Of a stretch of 64,000 nucleotides of DNA, positions 27,314 through 36,918 are shown one piece after another (positions within the stretch are counted from its first letter, which is position 1; the number at the start of each line of letters is the position of its first letter). This stretch comes from a candidate division NC10 bacterium CSP1-5. Lineage in GTDB: Bacteria; Methylomirabilota; Methylomirabilia; Methylomirabilales; CSP1-5. The position numbers and the translations under genes were made by a program. The notes under the pieces were generated by a model. That model searched no databases and was not told the DNA's origin. It saw only the letters and a program-made list of their open reading frames with translations. The DNA lies in contig LDXR01000007.1 of assembly GCA_001443495.1 (NCBI GenBank), positions 51,398 through 115,397 of the forward strand, in the 5' to 3' direction.

Positions 27314-28132
27314 ATGTGTCTTGCAGCCACATTGGAGATGTTCCGGTCTCAGCGCCTTTCGCCCGAGCCGCTGAGCTGGATGGCGATGGGCCCCACCGCC
27401 GTTGCTGGTGGGTCCCCCGCCAATCGCAAGACGAGGCCCCTGAGGCTCTCGCATGTGGTTGATCTCACTCAGACCCTCAGCCCGAAATTTCCGAGCTGGC
27501 CGGGGTACCCGTCCATCGAGGTGCGCAACACCCACAACTACGCGCGCGACGGTTTCCTTGCCAATGCCTGGCACGTCCATGAGCACAGTGGGACCCATGT
27601 GGACGCCCCTCTTCATTTCAGCGCGCAGGGCTGGTCGGCCGCCGAGATCCCCCAGGAAAGCCTGGTGGTCCCCGCAGTTGTCATCGACATCCGGGGCCGG
27701 GTGCGGCGGGACCCGGATACCCAGGTGCGGATGGAGGATATCAGGGCGTGGGAAAAGAAACATGGACGGGTTCCCCGAGGGGCGGCGGTGCTGATGTGGA
27801 GCGGATGGGAGCGTCGAGCGGGCGATCAGGCAGCCTACCGAAACATGGACAATCAGGGGATCATGCACTTCCCCGGCTTCAGCCGGGAGGCGGCCGAATT
27901 CCTGGTGAAAGAACGCACCGCTGGCGGGGTCGGCGTGGACACCCTCAGCCTCGATTACGGCCCATCCACAAACTTCGGCGCGCATTTTGCAGTCTTGCCC
28001 GCCAACCGGTGGGGGATCGAAAACCTGGCGAATCTGGGTCGGATCCCGCCCAAGGGTGCGACTCTCTTTGTTGGTGTGCCGCGCGTACAGGGGGCCTCGG
28101 GAGGCCCCAGCAGAATCCTCGCCGTGTGGTAG
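27314..28132 (+). CDS. Cyclase-family protein (kynurenine formamidase-like)
   Basis: VVDLTQTLSPKFPSWPG and ...HEHSGTHVDAPLHF are present. GGGAGGG lies 5 nt before the ATG. Confidence 0.8.
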   Translation: MCLAATLEMFRSQRLSPEPLSWMAMGPTAVAGGSPANRKTRPLRLSHVVDLTQTLSPKFPSWPGYPSIEVRNTHNYARDGFLANAWHVHEHSGTHVDAPLHFSAQGWSAAEIPQESLVVPAVVIDIRGRVRRDPDTQVRMEDIRAWEKKHGRVPRGAAVLMWSGWERRAGDQAAYRNMDNQGIMHFPGFSREAAEFLVKERTAGGVGVDTLSLDYGPSTNFGAHFAVLPANRWGIENLANLGRIPPKGATLFVGVPRVQGASGGPSRILAVW

Positions 28133-28274
28133 ATCCGGCCGCGCCAGACGACTTGACGTGTCCTTTAGTCGTATGCTAGATTTATTGGTGATGGAGATTG
28201 TCGCAGGGTGAGAATGACTGAGGCCCCGAGCGGTGACGAGCCGACGGGGCTTTCTTCTTGCGTAGGGGAGGCAG

Positions 28275-29027
28275 ATGAACGACGAACGCAAACTGGCCCT
28301 CTTCATTGATTTTGAGAATATCGCTCTGGGCGCCCGCGAGGCCAAGTATAAAACGTTCGAGGTTGGCCTGGTCCTCGAACGACTGGTGGAGAAGGGCAAG
28401 ATCATGGTGAAGCGGGCGTACGCCGACTGGGAGAAATATACCGAGTACAAGCGGGGTTTCCACGAGGCCGCCATCGAACTTATCGAGATCCCGCGGCGAT
28501 CGTACAGTGGCAAGAATTCTGCGGATATTCGCATGGTCGTTGATGCCATGGACCTGTCGTACTCCAAGGAGCACATCGACACCTTCGTGATAGCCTCGGG
28601 GGATAGCGACTTCTCCCCCCTGGTCTCCAAGCTCCGGGAGAACAACAAGTTTGTCATTGGGGTTGGGGTCAAGAACTCCTCCTCCGAACTGCTGGTGGCG
28701 AACTGTGATGAGTTCATCTACTACGAGGACCTGGTTCGGGGGATCAAGAAGCCGCGCATGGAGAGTTTGCCCGAAAAGAAAGCGGAGGTCTTCGAACTCC
28801 TGGTCGATTCCATCCTGGCCCTCATGCGCGAGAATAAGGACGTCCTCTGGGCCTCGATGATCAAGCAGACCATGATGCGCAAGCGTCCCGCCTTCAATGA
28901 GTCATACTACGGGTACAGCACCTTCTCCAAGCTCCTTGAGGACGCCGCCAAACACAGGATCGTCGAGCTGAAGAAGGAGGAGAAAAGCCGGACCTACATC
29001 ATCATGGGCCTCGGGGAAGGGCACTAG
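28275..29027 (+). CDS. NYN (LabA/DUF88) nuclease-like domain fused to an OST-HTH/LOTUS domain
   Basis: NYN region: LALFIDFENI, ...KRAYADW, ...NSADIRMVVDAMD and ...FVIASGDSDFSPLVSKLRE. The C-terminus is LOTUS-like (...WASMIKQTMMRKRPAFNESYYGYSTFSKLLEDA). Confidence 0.85.
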   Translation: MNDERKLALFIDFENIALGAREAKYKTFEVGLVLERLVEKGKIMVKRAYADWEKYTEYKRGFHEAAIELIEIPRRSYSGKNSADIRMVVDAMDLSYSKEHIDTFVIASGDSDFSPLVSKLRENNKFVIGVGVKNSSSELLVANCDEFIYYEDLVRGIKKPRMESLPEKKAEVFELLVDSILALMRENKDVLWASMIKQTMMRKRPAFNESYYGYSTFSKLLEDAAKHRIVELKKEEKSRTYIIMGLGEGH

Positions 29028-29142
29028 CGGCCAGCGGCTAGGACGCTAGCACGCTAGGACGCGCGAATGCTCAGATCATCGGGGAACTTTTGCGTTCCAG
29101 CCTGCCAGCGTTCCAGCATTCCAGCCGCCAAAGGCGAGGGCG

Positions 29143-29322
29143 ATGGAGCAGGGACTCAAAGAGGCGATCAAGTGGATCAATGCCGAGCTTCAGGATAACC
29201 CCCAGGCCAGGGTCGGGCTCCTGATTGACCAGGCGTCTCGACAGTTCAACCTGACCCCTCTCCAAACCGATTTCCTCTACCGCGAATATCAGCGAAAGGG
29301 CAATCCGGCGAAGCCCGCGTAG
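29143..29322 (+). CDS. Possible 59-aa protein (below the track length cutoff)
   Basis: The ATG is preceded by AAGGCGAGGG. The sequence is MEQGLKEAIKWINAELQDNPQARVGLLIDQASRQFNLTPLQTDFLYREYQRKGNPAKPA, and third codon positions are GC-rich. I recognise no homology. Confidence 0.4.
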   Translation: MEQGLKEAIKWINAELQDNPQARVGLLIDQASRQFNLTPLQTDFLYREYQRKGNPAKPA

Positions 29323-29367
29323 CCATCCGAGCAGTGAAGGAATCGCAAGTATCTTTGGCGATCTCCG

Positions 29368-31926
29368 CTATTCGTACTTCACCGCGTCGGCGATATTGAC
29401 GCGGGAAGCGTACAGCGCGGGGAGGAAGCCGGCGAGGAGCGACGTCAACAGGACGAGCCCGGCCGAGGTGACGAGGATGGTCGGGGGAAACGCAAAGAGG
29501 ATCGACCAGCCGAAGGACTGCTTATTGATGACGTGGATCAGGACGAGGGCCAGGAAGAGACCGATGATGACACCGAGGATCTCCGCCAGAAGGCCCAAGA
29601 GCCCCGCCTCCTGAAGGACCACCCGGAATACCTGCCCGCGAGACGCTCCGACTGATCGCAGGATGCCGATCTCGCGCTGTCGCTCCAACACCGACGCCCA
29701 GAGCACATTCAGGATCCCGAGGGCAGCCACGATCACCGCGATGATCCTCAGGGCATGCGTCACGGCGAATGTCTGGTCGAAGATCTCCAAGACCCGTCTC
29801 TTGAGGTCCTGATTTCGCATCACCAGGATGGCTGCCCCCTCGCCCGCCCTCTTGATCCGCTCCGTCATGACATCCGGATCCGCGTCCGACGTCAGGTAGA
29901 CCGCCAACACATTGATCCCCTGCTCCCCCCAATGCCGCCGGAAGAGGCTGCGGTCCATGGCGATCTTCCCCCCATCGGTCGTGTAGTCGTAGAAAATGCC
30001 GGCCACAGGAAAGGATGCGGCGCCGTTCGGAGTGTGAATGAGAACCTGGTCTCCCGAGTGAATGCCGTGCGTCAGAGCGACGGTCTCAGAGATGATGATC
30101 CCTTCTTGAGCTTTGGCGCCCCGCAGGATTGCTGAGGAGTCGCCCCGGAGGAAGAGCAGCCTGCCACGGGCTGCCACGACCTCGAAATCGCCGGCGGCGA
30201 GGAGAAGCTCACGTCCACGAAAGGCGATCTTAAGTCCCGTGAAGGGATCCACGGCCGCGATCCCTGCGATCGCGCGAACGCGGTCCGACAGTTCCGAGGG
30301 CAGGATCGCACGGACGCCCTTGGTGAAGCGGGAAGCGGGGGTCACGACGAGATCCGCCCGGATCGTCTCCTGCACCCAGACCTCCACCGTGCCGCGGAAG
30401 CTGCCGATCATGATCGCCAACCCGATCAGCATGCCGAGGGCGGTCATCATCGCTGCCACGGCCACCGCGTGCCTTCCTCGATACCCGCTGAGATGCGAGG
30501 CGAGGAGGAGCCCCGTCCCTCCGGGGACTCTCTGTCCGAGGTTGCGGATCGCCCAGGAAAATCCCAGGAGTGCCGACGGGGTGAGCAGGGCGCCGCCCAG
30601 AACGAGCAGGACCAGCGCGACGTACCCGAAGAGCGGGGTGCTGCCGACGGCCCCCTGCCGCGACGCCCAGTAGGCCCCGCTGAGAAGCAAGAGGCCGAGG
30701 AGCGAGAGGAGGGCGGGCCGCCGGCTGTGTGGACTGGCCAGCCCTGGATCAAGGGCTTCTCGCACGGTGAGCCTCCCTGCATGAAGACTGGGGTGCAGCG
30801 CGGCGAGAAGGGAAGAGGAGAGGCCCAGACCGAAGGCCGTCAGGACCGTGAAGGGGTCGAACTCCACGGCCGTGACCCGGATGAAGCCATACAGATGCGA
30901 GATCGTCCGGGAGACAGTGTTGAGAACTTGGCCGGCCAAGAGGTAGCCGAGACCGAGGCCCATGAGCGACCCGATCCCTCCTAAGACCAGGGCCTCGCCG
31001 ATGAAGAGGGCCGCGACCTCGCCCCCCGTGACTCCCAGGGATCGGAGGATGCCGATCTGCCGCCGCCGCTGGATGACCGAGAGGGAGAGGGTGTTGTAAA
31101 TGACGAAGGCCGCCACCACCAGCGAGATGGCGCTCAGGGCATTGAGATTCAGTCGGAAGGCCGCCAGCATCTTTTCGACTTGTTGATTGCGCCCCTCCGG
31201 CCGTTCAATGGTCAGATGGTGTGGGAGGACCTGTGCCAGCTCGGTGGCTGTCGTGTCAATTCCTGCGGTTTCCTCGAGGACCAGGTCGATCCGGTCGAGC
31301 CTTCCAATCCTGTCAAAGCTCTCCTGCGCAGTCGCGATGTCCATCAGGGCCAGATGGCCCTCCAGTGCTCGGGCAGGCCCTCGGGGTTCCAGGAGGCCCC
31401 GGATCGTGAACGAACGGCGGCGGCTCCCGGTGAGCAGGGTGATGTGATCGCCCACCGCAAGACCGTGAGTCGTGGCGAACGGCCGGGAGAGAAAAAGGGT
31501 CTCCGGCTGCAGGAGGATCTTGAGATCAACTGCCTCATCCTGTCCCGCGAGCAGGTACTCACGGAAGGCCTCCTCGGCCAAGAGGTCCACCCCGAGAACG
31601 AGGAGGACTTCTCCAGGACGTCCGTCCACCGGCGCGACATTCAGGACGAGGGGGGCCGCAGACTGTACCCCCTTTGCCGCTCGCACCGTGAGGAGAAGAG
31701 TTTCGTCAAACCCGACCTCTCCGGCCGTGACGGTCAGGGCGCTGCGGCCGGCGACCGCATCGATGGTCCGATGGAAAGAAGCCAGAACGCTTCGGTTCGC
31801 CAACTGGATGGCGGCGAAGGCCGCGACCCCGATGCCAATGCCGAAGATGGTGAGGGTTGTTCGGACGGGAGAATGTTCTACCCCACGACCGAGGAGGAGG
31901 AGCAGGGCCCGGACCCGGCTGATCAC
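29368..31926 (-). CDS. ABC transporter permease with two FtsX-like domains (MacB/LolC-type)
   Basis: The 852-aa protein has duplicated 4-TM FtsX modules and large periplasmic loops. Its GTG start overlaps the ATPase gene stop. Confidence 0.9.
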   Translation of the reverse strand: MISRVRALLLLLGRGVEHSPVRTTLTIFGIGIGVAAFAAIQLANRSVLASFHRTIDAVAGRSALTVTAGEVGFDETLLLTVRAAKGVQSAAPLVLNVAPVDGRPGEVLLVLGVDLLAEEAFREYLLAGQDEAVDLKILLQPETLFLSRPFATTHGLAVGDHITLLTGSRRRSFTIRGLLEPRGPARALEGHLALMDIATAQESFDRIGRLDRIDLVLEETAGIDTTATELAQVLPHHLTIERPEGRNQQVEKMLAAFRLNLNALSAISLVVAAFVIYNTLSLSVIQRRRQIGILRSLGVTGGEVAALFIGEALVLGGIGSLMGLGLGYLLAGQVLNTVSRTISHLYGFIRVTAVEFDPFTVLTAFGLGLSSSLLAALHPSLHAGRLTVREALDPGLASPHSRRPALLSLLGLLLLSGAYWASRQGAVGSTPLFGYVALVLLVLGGALLTPSALLGFSWAIRNLGQRVPGGTGLLLASHLSGYRGRHAVAVAAMMTALGMLIGLAIMIGSFRGTVEVWVQETIRADLVVTPASRFTKGVRAILPSELSDRVRAIAGIAAVDPFTGLKIAFRGRELLLAAGDFEVVAARGRLLFLRGDSSAILRGAKAQEGIIISETVALTHGIHSGDQVLIHTPNGAASFPVAGIFYDYTTDGGKIAMDRSLFRRHWGEQGINVLAVYLTSDADPDVMTERIKRAGEGAAILVMRNQDLKRRVLEIFDQTFAVTHALRIIAVIVAALGILNVLWASVLERQREIGILRSVGASRGQVFRVVLQEAGLLGLLAEILGVIIGLFLALVLIHVINKQSFGWSILFAFPPTILVTSAGLVLLTSLLAGFLPALYASRVNIADAVKYE

Positions 31927-32603
31927 TCCAGGATCCGCCCGTCACGGAGGTGGACAATCCGCTGAGCGTAGGAGGCCGCCTGCTGACTGTGGGTGGCGAG
32001 GACTACGGTGTATCCCTCCTGCCGGTTCAGGGTCTGCAAAAGCGTGAGGACCGCCTCGCCTGCCTTCGAATCGAGGTTCCCGGTCGGTTCGTCAGCAAGA
32101 AGGAGCGATGGTCGGGTGATGACGGCCCGCGCCACGGCGGCCCGCTGCATCTCACCGCCTGAGAGTTGATGCGGCCAATGGTTTATTCGCTCTGTCAGGT
32201 CCAGTCCCTGGATCGCCTCAGCCACCCGTTGCTGGACATCGCGGAGAAGGCTGCCCGCCAGGAGGAGGGGCAAGGCGACATTCTCCCCCAGGGTCAGGTG
32301 CGGCAGGAGGTTATACAGCTGATAGACGATCCCCACCCTTTCCCTGCGCAGACGCGTGAGTTGTGTTTCGTCCATCGCGCTGAACGGCTTTCCTTCAAAC
32401 CCTATCTCCCCGCTCGTCGGCCGGTCAATCCCCGCCATCAGATGAAGCATCGTGCTCTTGCCGCAGCCGCTCGGACCCATCACGGCCACAAACTCTCCCC
32501 GACGGATCTCCAGGCTCACCCCCTGGAGCGCCAGGATCGGCTGCGGTCCCTTGTCATAGCTCTTGGTGACCTGTTCCAGGTGGATGATGGGGGGCGTCCT
32601 CAT
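31923..32603 (-). CDS. ABC transporter ATP-binding protein (MacB/LolD-type)
   Basis: Walker A is GPSGCGKST, the signature is LSGGEMQRAAVARA and Walker B is LLLADEPTGNLD. Confidence 0.95.
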   Translation of the reverse strand: MRTPPIIHLEQVTKSYDKGPQPILALQGVSLEIRRGEFVAVMGPSGCGKSTMLHLMAGIDRPTSGEIGFEGKPFSAMDETQLTRLRRERVGIVYQLYNLLPHLTLGENVALPLLLAGSLLRDVQQRVAEAIQGLDLTERINHWPHQLSGGEMQRAAVARAVITRPSLLLADEPTGNLDSKAGEAVLTLLQTLNRQEGYTVVLATHSQQAASYAQRIVHLRDGRILE

Positions 32604-32623
32604 TGCTGTCGTCCCCCGCTCAC

Positions 32624-33421
32624 TTAGGCCTTGCGGGAGGTCACAATGCCTATGACCCAGTCCGCCAGCGTCGGGGAGAGGGCGTTCAGCACGACGAGGA
32701 GCCTGGCGGGGGGATAGACTATCACCTCCGGGCGGGGAGATCTGGCGCAGCGGATAATGGCCCTCGCCACATGGGACGGGGTCTGCACGGGCGGCTTGGG
32801 ACCGGGCTTTCGTCCCCGGGGATCTTTGGCAGCGTCGAAGAACTCCGTGGCGGTCCCCACCGGGCAGATGACGCTCACCCTGATTCCGCTCCCCTTCAGC
32901 TCTAGGCGGAGCGACTCGGAAAGCCCGATGAGGGCAAACTTGCTGGCACAGTACGCTCCGGAGAGGGGGATGCCTCGTTTCCCGACGATGGACGAGACAT
33001 TGATGATATGCCCGCTTCCCTGCCTCCGCATGATCGGCAGCGCTGCCCGGATCCCGTAAAATGCCCCGAGGAAGTTGACCCGAAGGATCATCTCCATATC
33101 CTCGGGGCTGGTCTCCTCTACCAGGGCAACGAGGCCGACGCCGGCATTGTTGACCAGGATGTCCACCCGGCCGAAGCGTTCGAGCGCGCGCTCGACCATG
33201 GCCTCGACCTGGTCCTGCTGGGCCACATCGGTGGGGAGGCTCAGCACCTCCGTCCCAAGGGCCTCGATCTCATGCTCGAGCCCCTGAAGGCGTTGCTGAC
33301 GACGCGCGGCCAGGACCAGGCGGGCCCTCTCGCGGGCAAAATGGAGGGCCGTCTCCCGCCCGATACCACTCGACGCGCCGGTCACGATCACGACCTGCCC
33401 GGCGAGGCCTGTGCCCAACAC
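32624..33421 (-). CDS. Short-chain dehydrogenase/reductase (SDR)
   Basis: The cofactor motif is VTGASSGIGRE, with NNAG and the catalytic YCASK. Confidence 0.9.
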   Translation of the reverse strand: MLGTGLAGQVVIVTGASSGIGRETALHFARERARLVLAARRQQRLQGLEHEIEALGTEVLSLPTDVAQQDQVEAMVERALERFGRVDILVNNAGVGLVALVEETSPEDMEMILRVNFLGAFYGIRAALPIMRRQGSGHIINVSSIVGKRGIPLSGAYCASKFALIGLSESLRLELKGSGIRVSVICPVGTATEFFDAAKDPRGRKPGPKPPVQTPSHVARAIIRCARSPRPEVIVYPPARLLVVLNALSPTLADWVIGIVTSRKA

Positions 33422-33503
33422 GCGCCTCCGTCGGCTGGTATTCCTGGTGGTGAGTCAACCGCTCTCGGGCGCGGCCGTCGTGGCCAAGCGGAGCGGGGAA
33501 GCG

Positions 33504-33800
33504 CTATTCCTGCGGGTAGGCGATGATCACGGCGTCCAGATGGAGGACCCGGTACTCGGCATCTCCCATGTAGAAATAATGCCCCTCCACCCCTTCGGGG
33601 CTCTCCTCGAAGGCCACGAAGGCGCCCACTTGAGGCATCTCCCGGAAGGTGTTGGCCCCGGCGTCGAAGCCGTCTCCAGTCGCGACCACGCGGCCGTACC
33701 GGATTGGGGAACCCCGTGGGCAGTGGATCGTCACGCCTGCTGGTGGCTGCGAGAGGACCTGAATCAGGAAATTGACCCCGTACACCTTATATGGCATCAT
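33504..33800 (-). CDS. GroES-like (Cpn10-fold) small protein
   Basis: GGAGGGGAGGAG precedes ATGATG. The pattern ...YGRVVATGDG...VGAFVAFEE...AEYRVLHLDAVIIAY resembles the co-chaperonin fold. This is a weak call. Confidence 0.5.
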   Translation of the reverse strand: MMPYKVYGVNFLIQVLSQPPAGVTIHCPRGSPIRYGRVVATGDGFDAGANTFREMPQVGAFVAFEESPEGVEGHYFYMGDAEYRVLHLDAVIIAYPQE

Positions 33801-33958
33801 GACTCCTCCCCTCCAGACGTGGACGTCGAAGATCATCATAGCACATTATCGTCCAGGCGGTGAGGCCGGAGAAATACCTGCCACCCCTGGCGTCACACCC
33901 TTGAGAGGGGTTGGTAGTTTCTGCCGGACGGGATACACTCGCAGGGGCATCTCGGGGG

Positions 33959-34669
33959 ATGATGGAGAGGGTGCAGGCCGTTCGAGGGGCTCGGAGCAGA
34001 GATGTGAGAAGCGACAAGGGGACAAGTCCTGAGGCGGTCCTGGAAGGGATGATCCGGCGGAGGCTGCTGGCGGTTATCCGGACAAAGACCCCGGAGCAAG
34101 CCCTGGCGGCTGCGGAGGCGGTGGCGGCGGGAGGTATCTTGAGCCTCGAGGTCTCCGTGACCATGCCCGATGCGGACCAGGTAATCAAGGCCTTGGCACC
34201 CCGACACGGCCTCACCGTCGGCGCCGGGGGTGTGCTGAGTAAGGAGCAGGCAGAGCTGGCCCTTCAGGCCGAGGCCCGGTTCCTGGTCTCGCCTGTCGGC
34301 GATATCAGCCTGGTCCCCCTGTGCCGGGAGGCGGGGGCGGTGAGCGTCATCGGTGCCCTGACCCCGACTGAGATCCTCGCCGTCCATCGGGCCGGGGCGG
34401 ACGTGGTGAAGATCTTTCCCGTGGACCCCCTCGGCGGTCCGCGCTATCTCCGAGCGGTCCTCGACCCGTTGCCCCCCCTCCCCCTGATGGTCGAGGGGGG
34501 TGTCACCCTGGAAAATCTGCCGGACTATTTGGGACTTCCAATTCGGCTTATCGCTCTCGGTGAGCATGTGGTCGTTCCTCGACTGGTGGCCAAGGGGGTG
34601 TATGCCCCCATCACGGCGCGGGCCAGAGATCTTGTCCTGCTGGTGGAAAAGCGGCAAGGGAAGAGATAG
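33959..34669 (+). CDS. eda: KDPG/KHG aldolase
   Basis: LLAVIRTKTPEQALAAAEAVAAGGILSLEVSVT, ...VGAGGVLS, ...FLVSP and ...VKIFP are present. The start is uncertain (33911-34049). Confidence 0.8.
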   Translation: MMERVQAVRGARSRDVRSDKGTSPEAVLEGMIRRRLLAVIRTKTPEQALAAAEAVAAGGILSLEVSVTMPDADQVIKALAPRHGLTVGAGGVLSKEQAELALQAEARFLVSPVGDISLVPLCREAGAVSVIGALTPTEILAVHRAGADVVKIFPVDPLGGPRYLRAVLDPLPPLPLMVEGGVTLENLPDYLGLPIRLIALGEHVVVPRLVAKGVYAPITARARDLVLLVEKRQGKR

Positions 34670-34785
34670 AGGGGGCCATTTCTCCAGTTGGCGTTGCGCC
34701 GTCGTTGTGCCATAATTGACGACACAGAGACATCCGGTCAGGCCTGAGGCAAGGGGCGGGGAGAGAGGGGCAAAGGAGCGCGGCC

Positions 34786-36075
34786 ATGGGGAAACAGACG
34801 GTGACCATCACGGATAACCGCACCGGCAAGACCTACGAGATCCCGATTGAGCACGGGGCCATTCGGGCCATGGATCTCCGCCAGATCAAGGTCTCCGAGG
34901 ACGACTTTGGCCTGATGAGCTATGACCCCGCCTTCATGAACACGGCCTCATGCAAGAGTACGATCACCTTCATCGATGGGGAGAAGGGGATCCTGCAGTA
35001 TCGGGGCTACCCCATCGAGCAGCTGGCCGAGCGGAGCACGTTTCTGGAGACCGCATATCTCATCCTCCACGGCGAACTCCCCACGCGCGCGCAGCTCGAC
35101 GAGTGGACCTACCACATCACCCACCACACGATGATCCACGAGAACATCAAGAAGTTCATGGATGGCTTCCATTACGACGCGCATCCGATGGGGATCCTGG
35201 TCGGGACGGTGGGGGCGCTCTCCACTTTTTACCCCGACGCCAAGAACATCATGGATCCCGCCAACCGGAAAAGGCAGATCTACCGCCTGATCGCCAAGAT
35301 GCCCACCATGGCAGCCTTCGCCTACCGGCATAGCCTGGGGATGCCCTATGCCTATCCGGACAACGATCTCACCTTTGCCGGTAACTTCCTCAACATGCTC
35401 TTCAAGATGACCGAGATGAAATACAAACCCAATCCGGTGCTGGAGAGGGCCCTGGACGTCCTGTTCATCCTCCACGCGGACCACGAGCAAAACTGCAGTG
35501 CCAATGCCATGCGCAGCGTCGGGAGCTCCCACGTCGATCCCTACTCTGCAGTGGCGGCGGCCACCGCGGCGCTCTATGGGCCGCTGCACGGCGGGGCCAA
35601 CGAGGCGGTCCTCCGGATGCTCCGCGAGATCGGCTCCAAGGACAAGGTCCCGGAGTTCGTCAAGAAGGTCAAGGCGCGCGAGGCGCTCCTCATGGGCTTT
35701 GGCCACCGGGTCTACAAGAGCTATGACCCCCGGGCCAAGGTCATCAAGAATCTGGCGTATCAGATCTTTCAGGAGAGGGGGACGAATCCTCTCCTGGAGA
35801 TCGCCATCGAGTTGGAGCGAATCGCCCTGCAGGATGAGTTCTTCGTCAAGCGGAAGCTCTATCCGAACGTGGACTACTACACCGGAATGATCTACGAGGC
35901 CATGGGCTTTCCGGTGGAGGTCTTTCCGGTCCTCTTTGCTATCGGGCGGACACCCGGCTGGATCGCCCAGTGGCAGGAGATGCTCCTCGATTCCGAGCAG
36001 AAGATCGCGCGTCCGCGCCAGCTCTATGTCGGGTCCGGGAAGCGCGACTACGTTCCCATCGAGCAGCGCCGGTAA
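34786..36075 (+). CDS. gltA: Citrate synthase
   Basis: The full-length 429-aa protein contains ...GILQYRGYPIEQL..., ...HADHEQNCSA... and ...GFGHRVYKSYDPRA. Confidence 0.95.
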   Translation: MGKQTVTITDNRTGKTYEIPIEHGAIRAMDLRQIKVSEDDFGLMSYDPAFMNTASCKSTITFIDGEKGILQYRGYPIEQLAERSTFLETAYLILHGELPTRAQLDEWTYHITHHTMIHENIKKFMDGFHYDAHPMGILVGTVGALSTFYPDAKNIMDPANRKRQIYRLIAKMPTMAAFAYRHSLGMPYAYPDNDLTFAGNFLNMLFKMTEMKYKPNPVLERALDVLFILHADHEQNCSANAMRSVGSSHVDPYSAVAAATAALYGPLHGGANEAVLRMLREIGSKDKVPEFVKKVKAREALLMGFGHRVYKSYDPRAKVIKNLAYQIFQERGTNPLLEIAIELERIALQDEFFVKRKLYPNVDYYTGMIYEAMGFPVEVFPVLFAIGRTPGWIAQWQEMLLDSEQKIARPRQLYVGSGKRDYVPIEQRR

Positions 36076-36129
36076 GTGCCGCGGCAGACGGCTCCCCCGG
36101 GGATCGTTCGCGAGGTGTGCTCCGCGTCG

Positions 36130-36870
36130 TCACAAGATGCCCTTGATCTCCTCCAGGCGTTTCACGATGTGATCCGGGGGCGGGATCGCCTCGTCGAGGC
36201 CGTCTCCCTTCCGATCCAGCCAAATGGCTCCCATACCGACTCCCTTCGCCCCCGCGATGTCAATGCTAGGGCTGTCCCCGATGAAGATCGCCTCGGATGG
36301 GGTGATCCGAAGGGCCTGACAGGCCACCTCGAAGATAGCGGCATGAGGCTTGCGCTGGCCTATCTCTTCGGAGATAAGGATTAACTCGAAGGACGAGGTC
36401 ATCCCGGCCCGGTCCAGGATCTGTCGGGCGGTGGGACCGTGATCGAAGTTGGAGATGAGGGCGAGTCGATATCTGGGCCTCAGCCAGTCGAGCAGCTCTC
36501 TGTGTTCGGGCGGGGCATGGACGGCGTCGGCGATGCACGCCATGTGAACGTCCAGCAGGCTCGCCAGAAAGGACTCACTGTCCTGGGTGAGCGGGACCTG
36601 GAGCATCTGAAAGAACAGGTGGAACCGCTCGCGGGCTGAGACCTCGCGCTCCTCCACCTCACGCAGACGAGCCGCCTCATCGAAGCTCTTCCGGAAGGCT
36701 TGATAGAACGCCTCCATGGAAATATGGCCGTGCCGGGCGGCGAAGATGGGGTAGATTACGGCGCTCGTCGAGCGGATGGCTTCTCCGTTGATGTGGATGA
36801 GGGGGAGGCGCTCCCGGACAAAGTCGGCCAGGGTGTCGAAGAGATCAAAGATGACGACCCGGTAGCTCAT
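36130..36870 (-). CDS. HAD-superfamily hydrolase (subfamily IA-like)
   Basis: Motif I is VIFDLFDTL. Also present are ...ALISN... and ...IFIGDSPSIDIAGAKGVG. Confidence 0.85.
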   Translation of the reverse strand: MSYRVVIFDLFDTLADFVRERLPLIHINGEAIRSTSAVIYPIFAARHGHISMEAFYQAFRKSFDEAARLREVEEREVSARERFHLFFQMLQVPLTQDSESFLASLLDVHMACIADAVHAPPEHRELLDWLRPRYRLALISNFDHGPTARQILDRAGMTSSFELILISEEIGQRKPHAAIFEVACQALRITPSEAIFIGDSPSIDIAGAKGVGMGAIWLDRKGDGLDEAIPPPDHIVKRLEEIKGIL

Positions 36871-36918
36871 GAGTCCCTCGACGAAGCTGGTTTATGGTAG
36901 CGGAATCGGGGATGAAGA

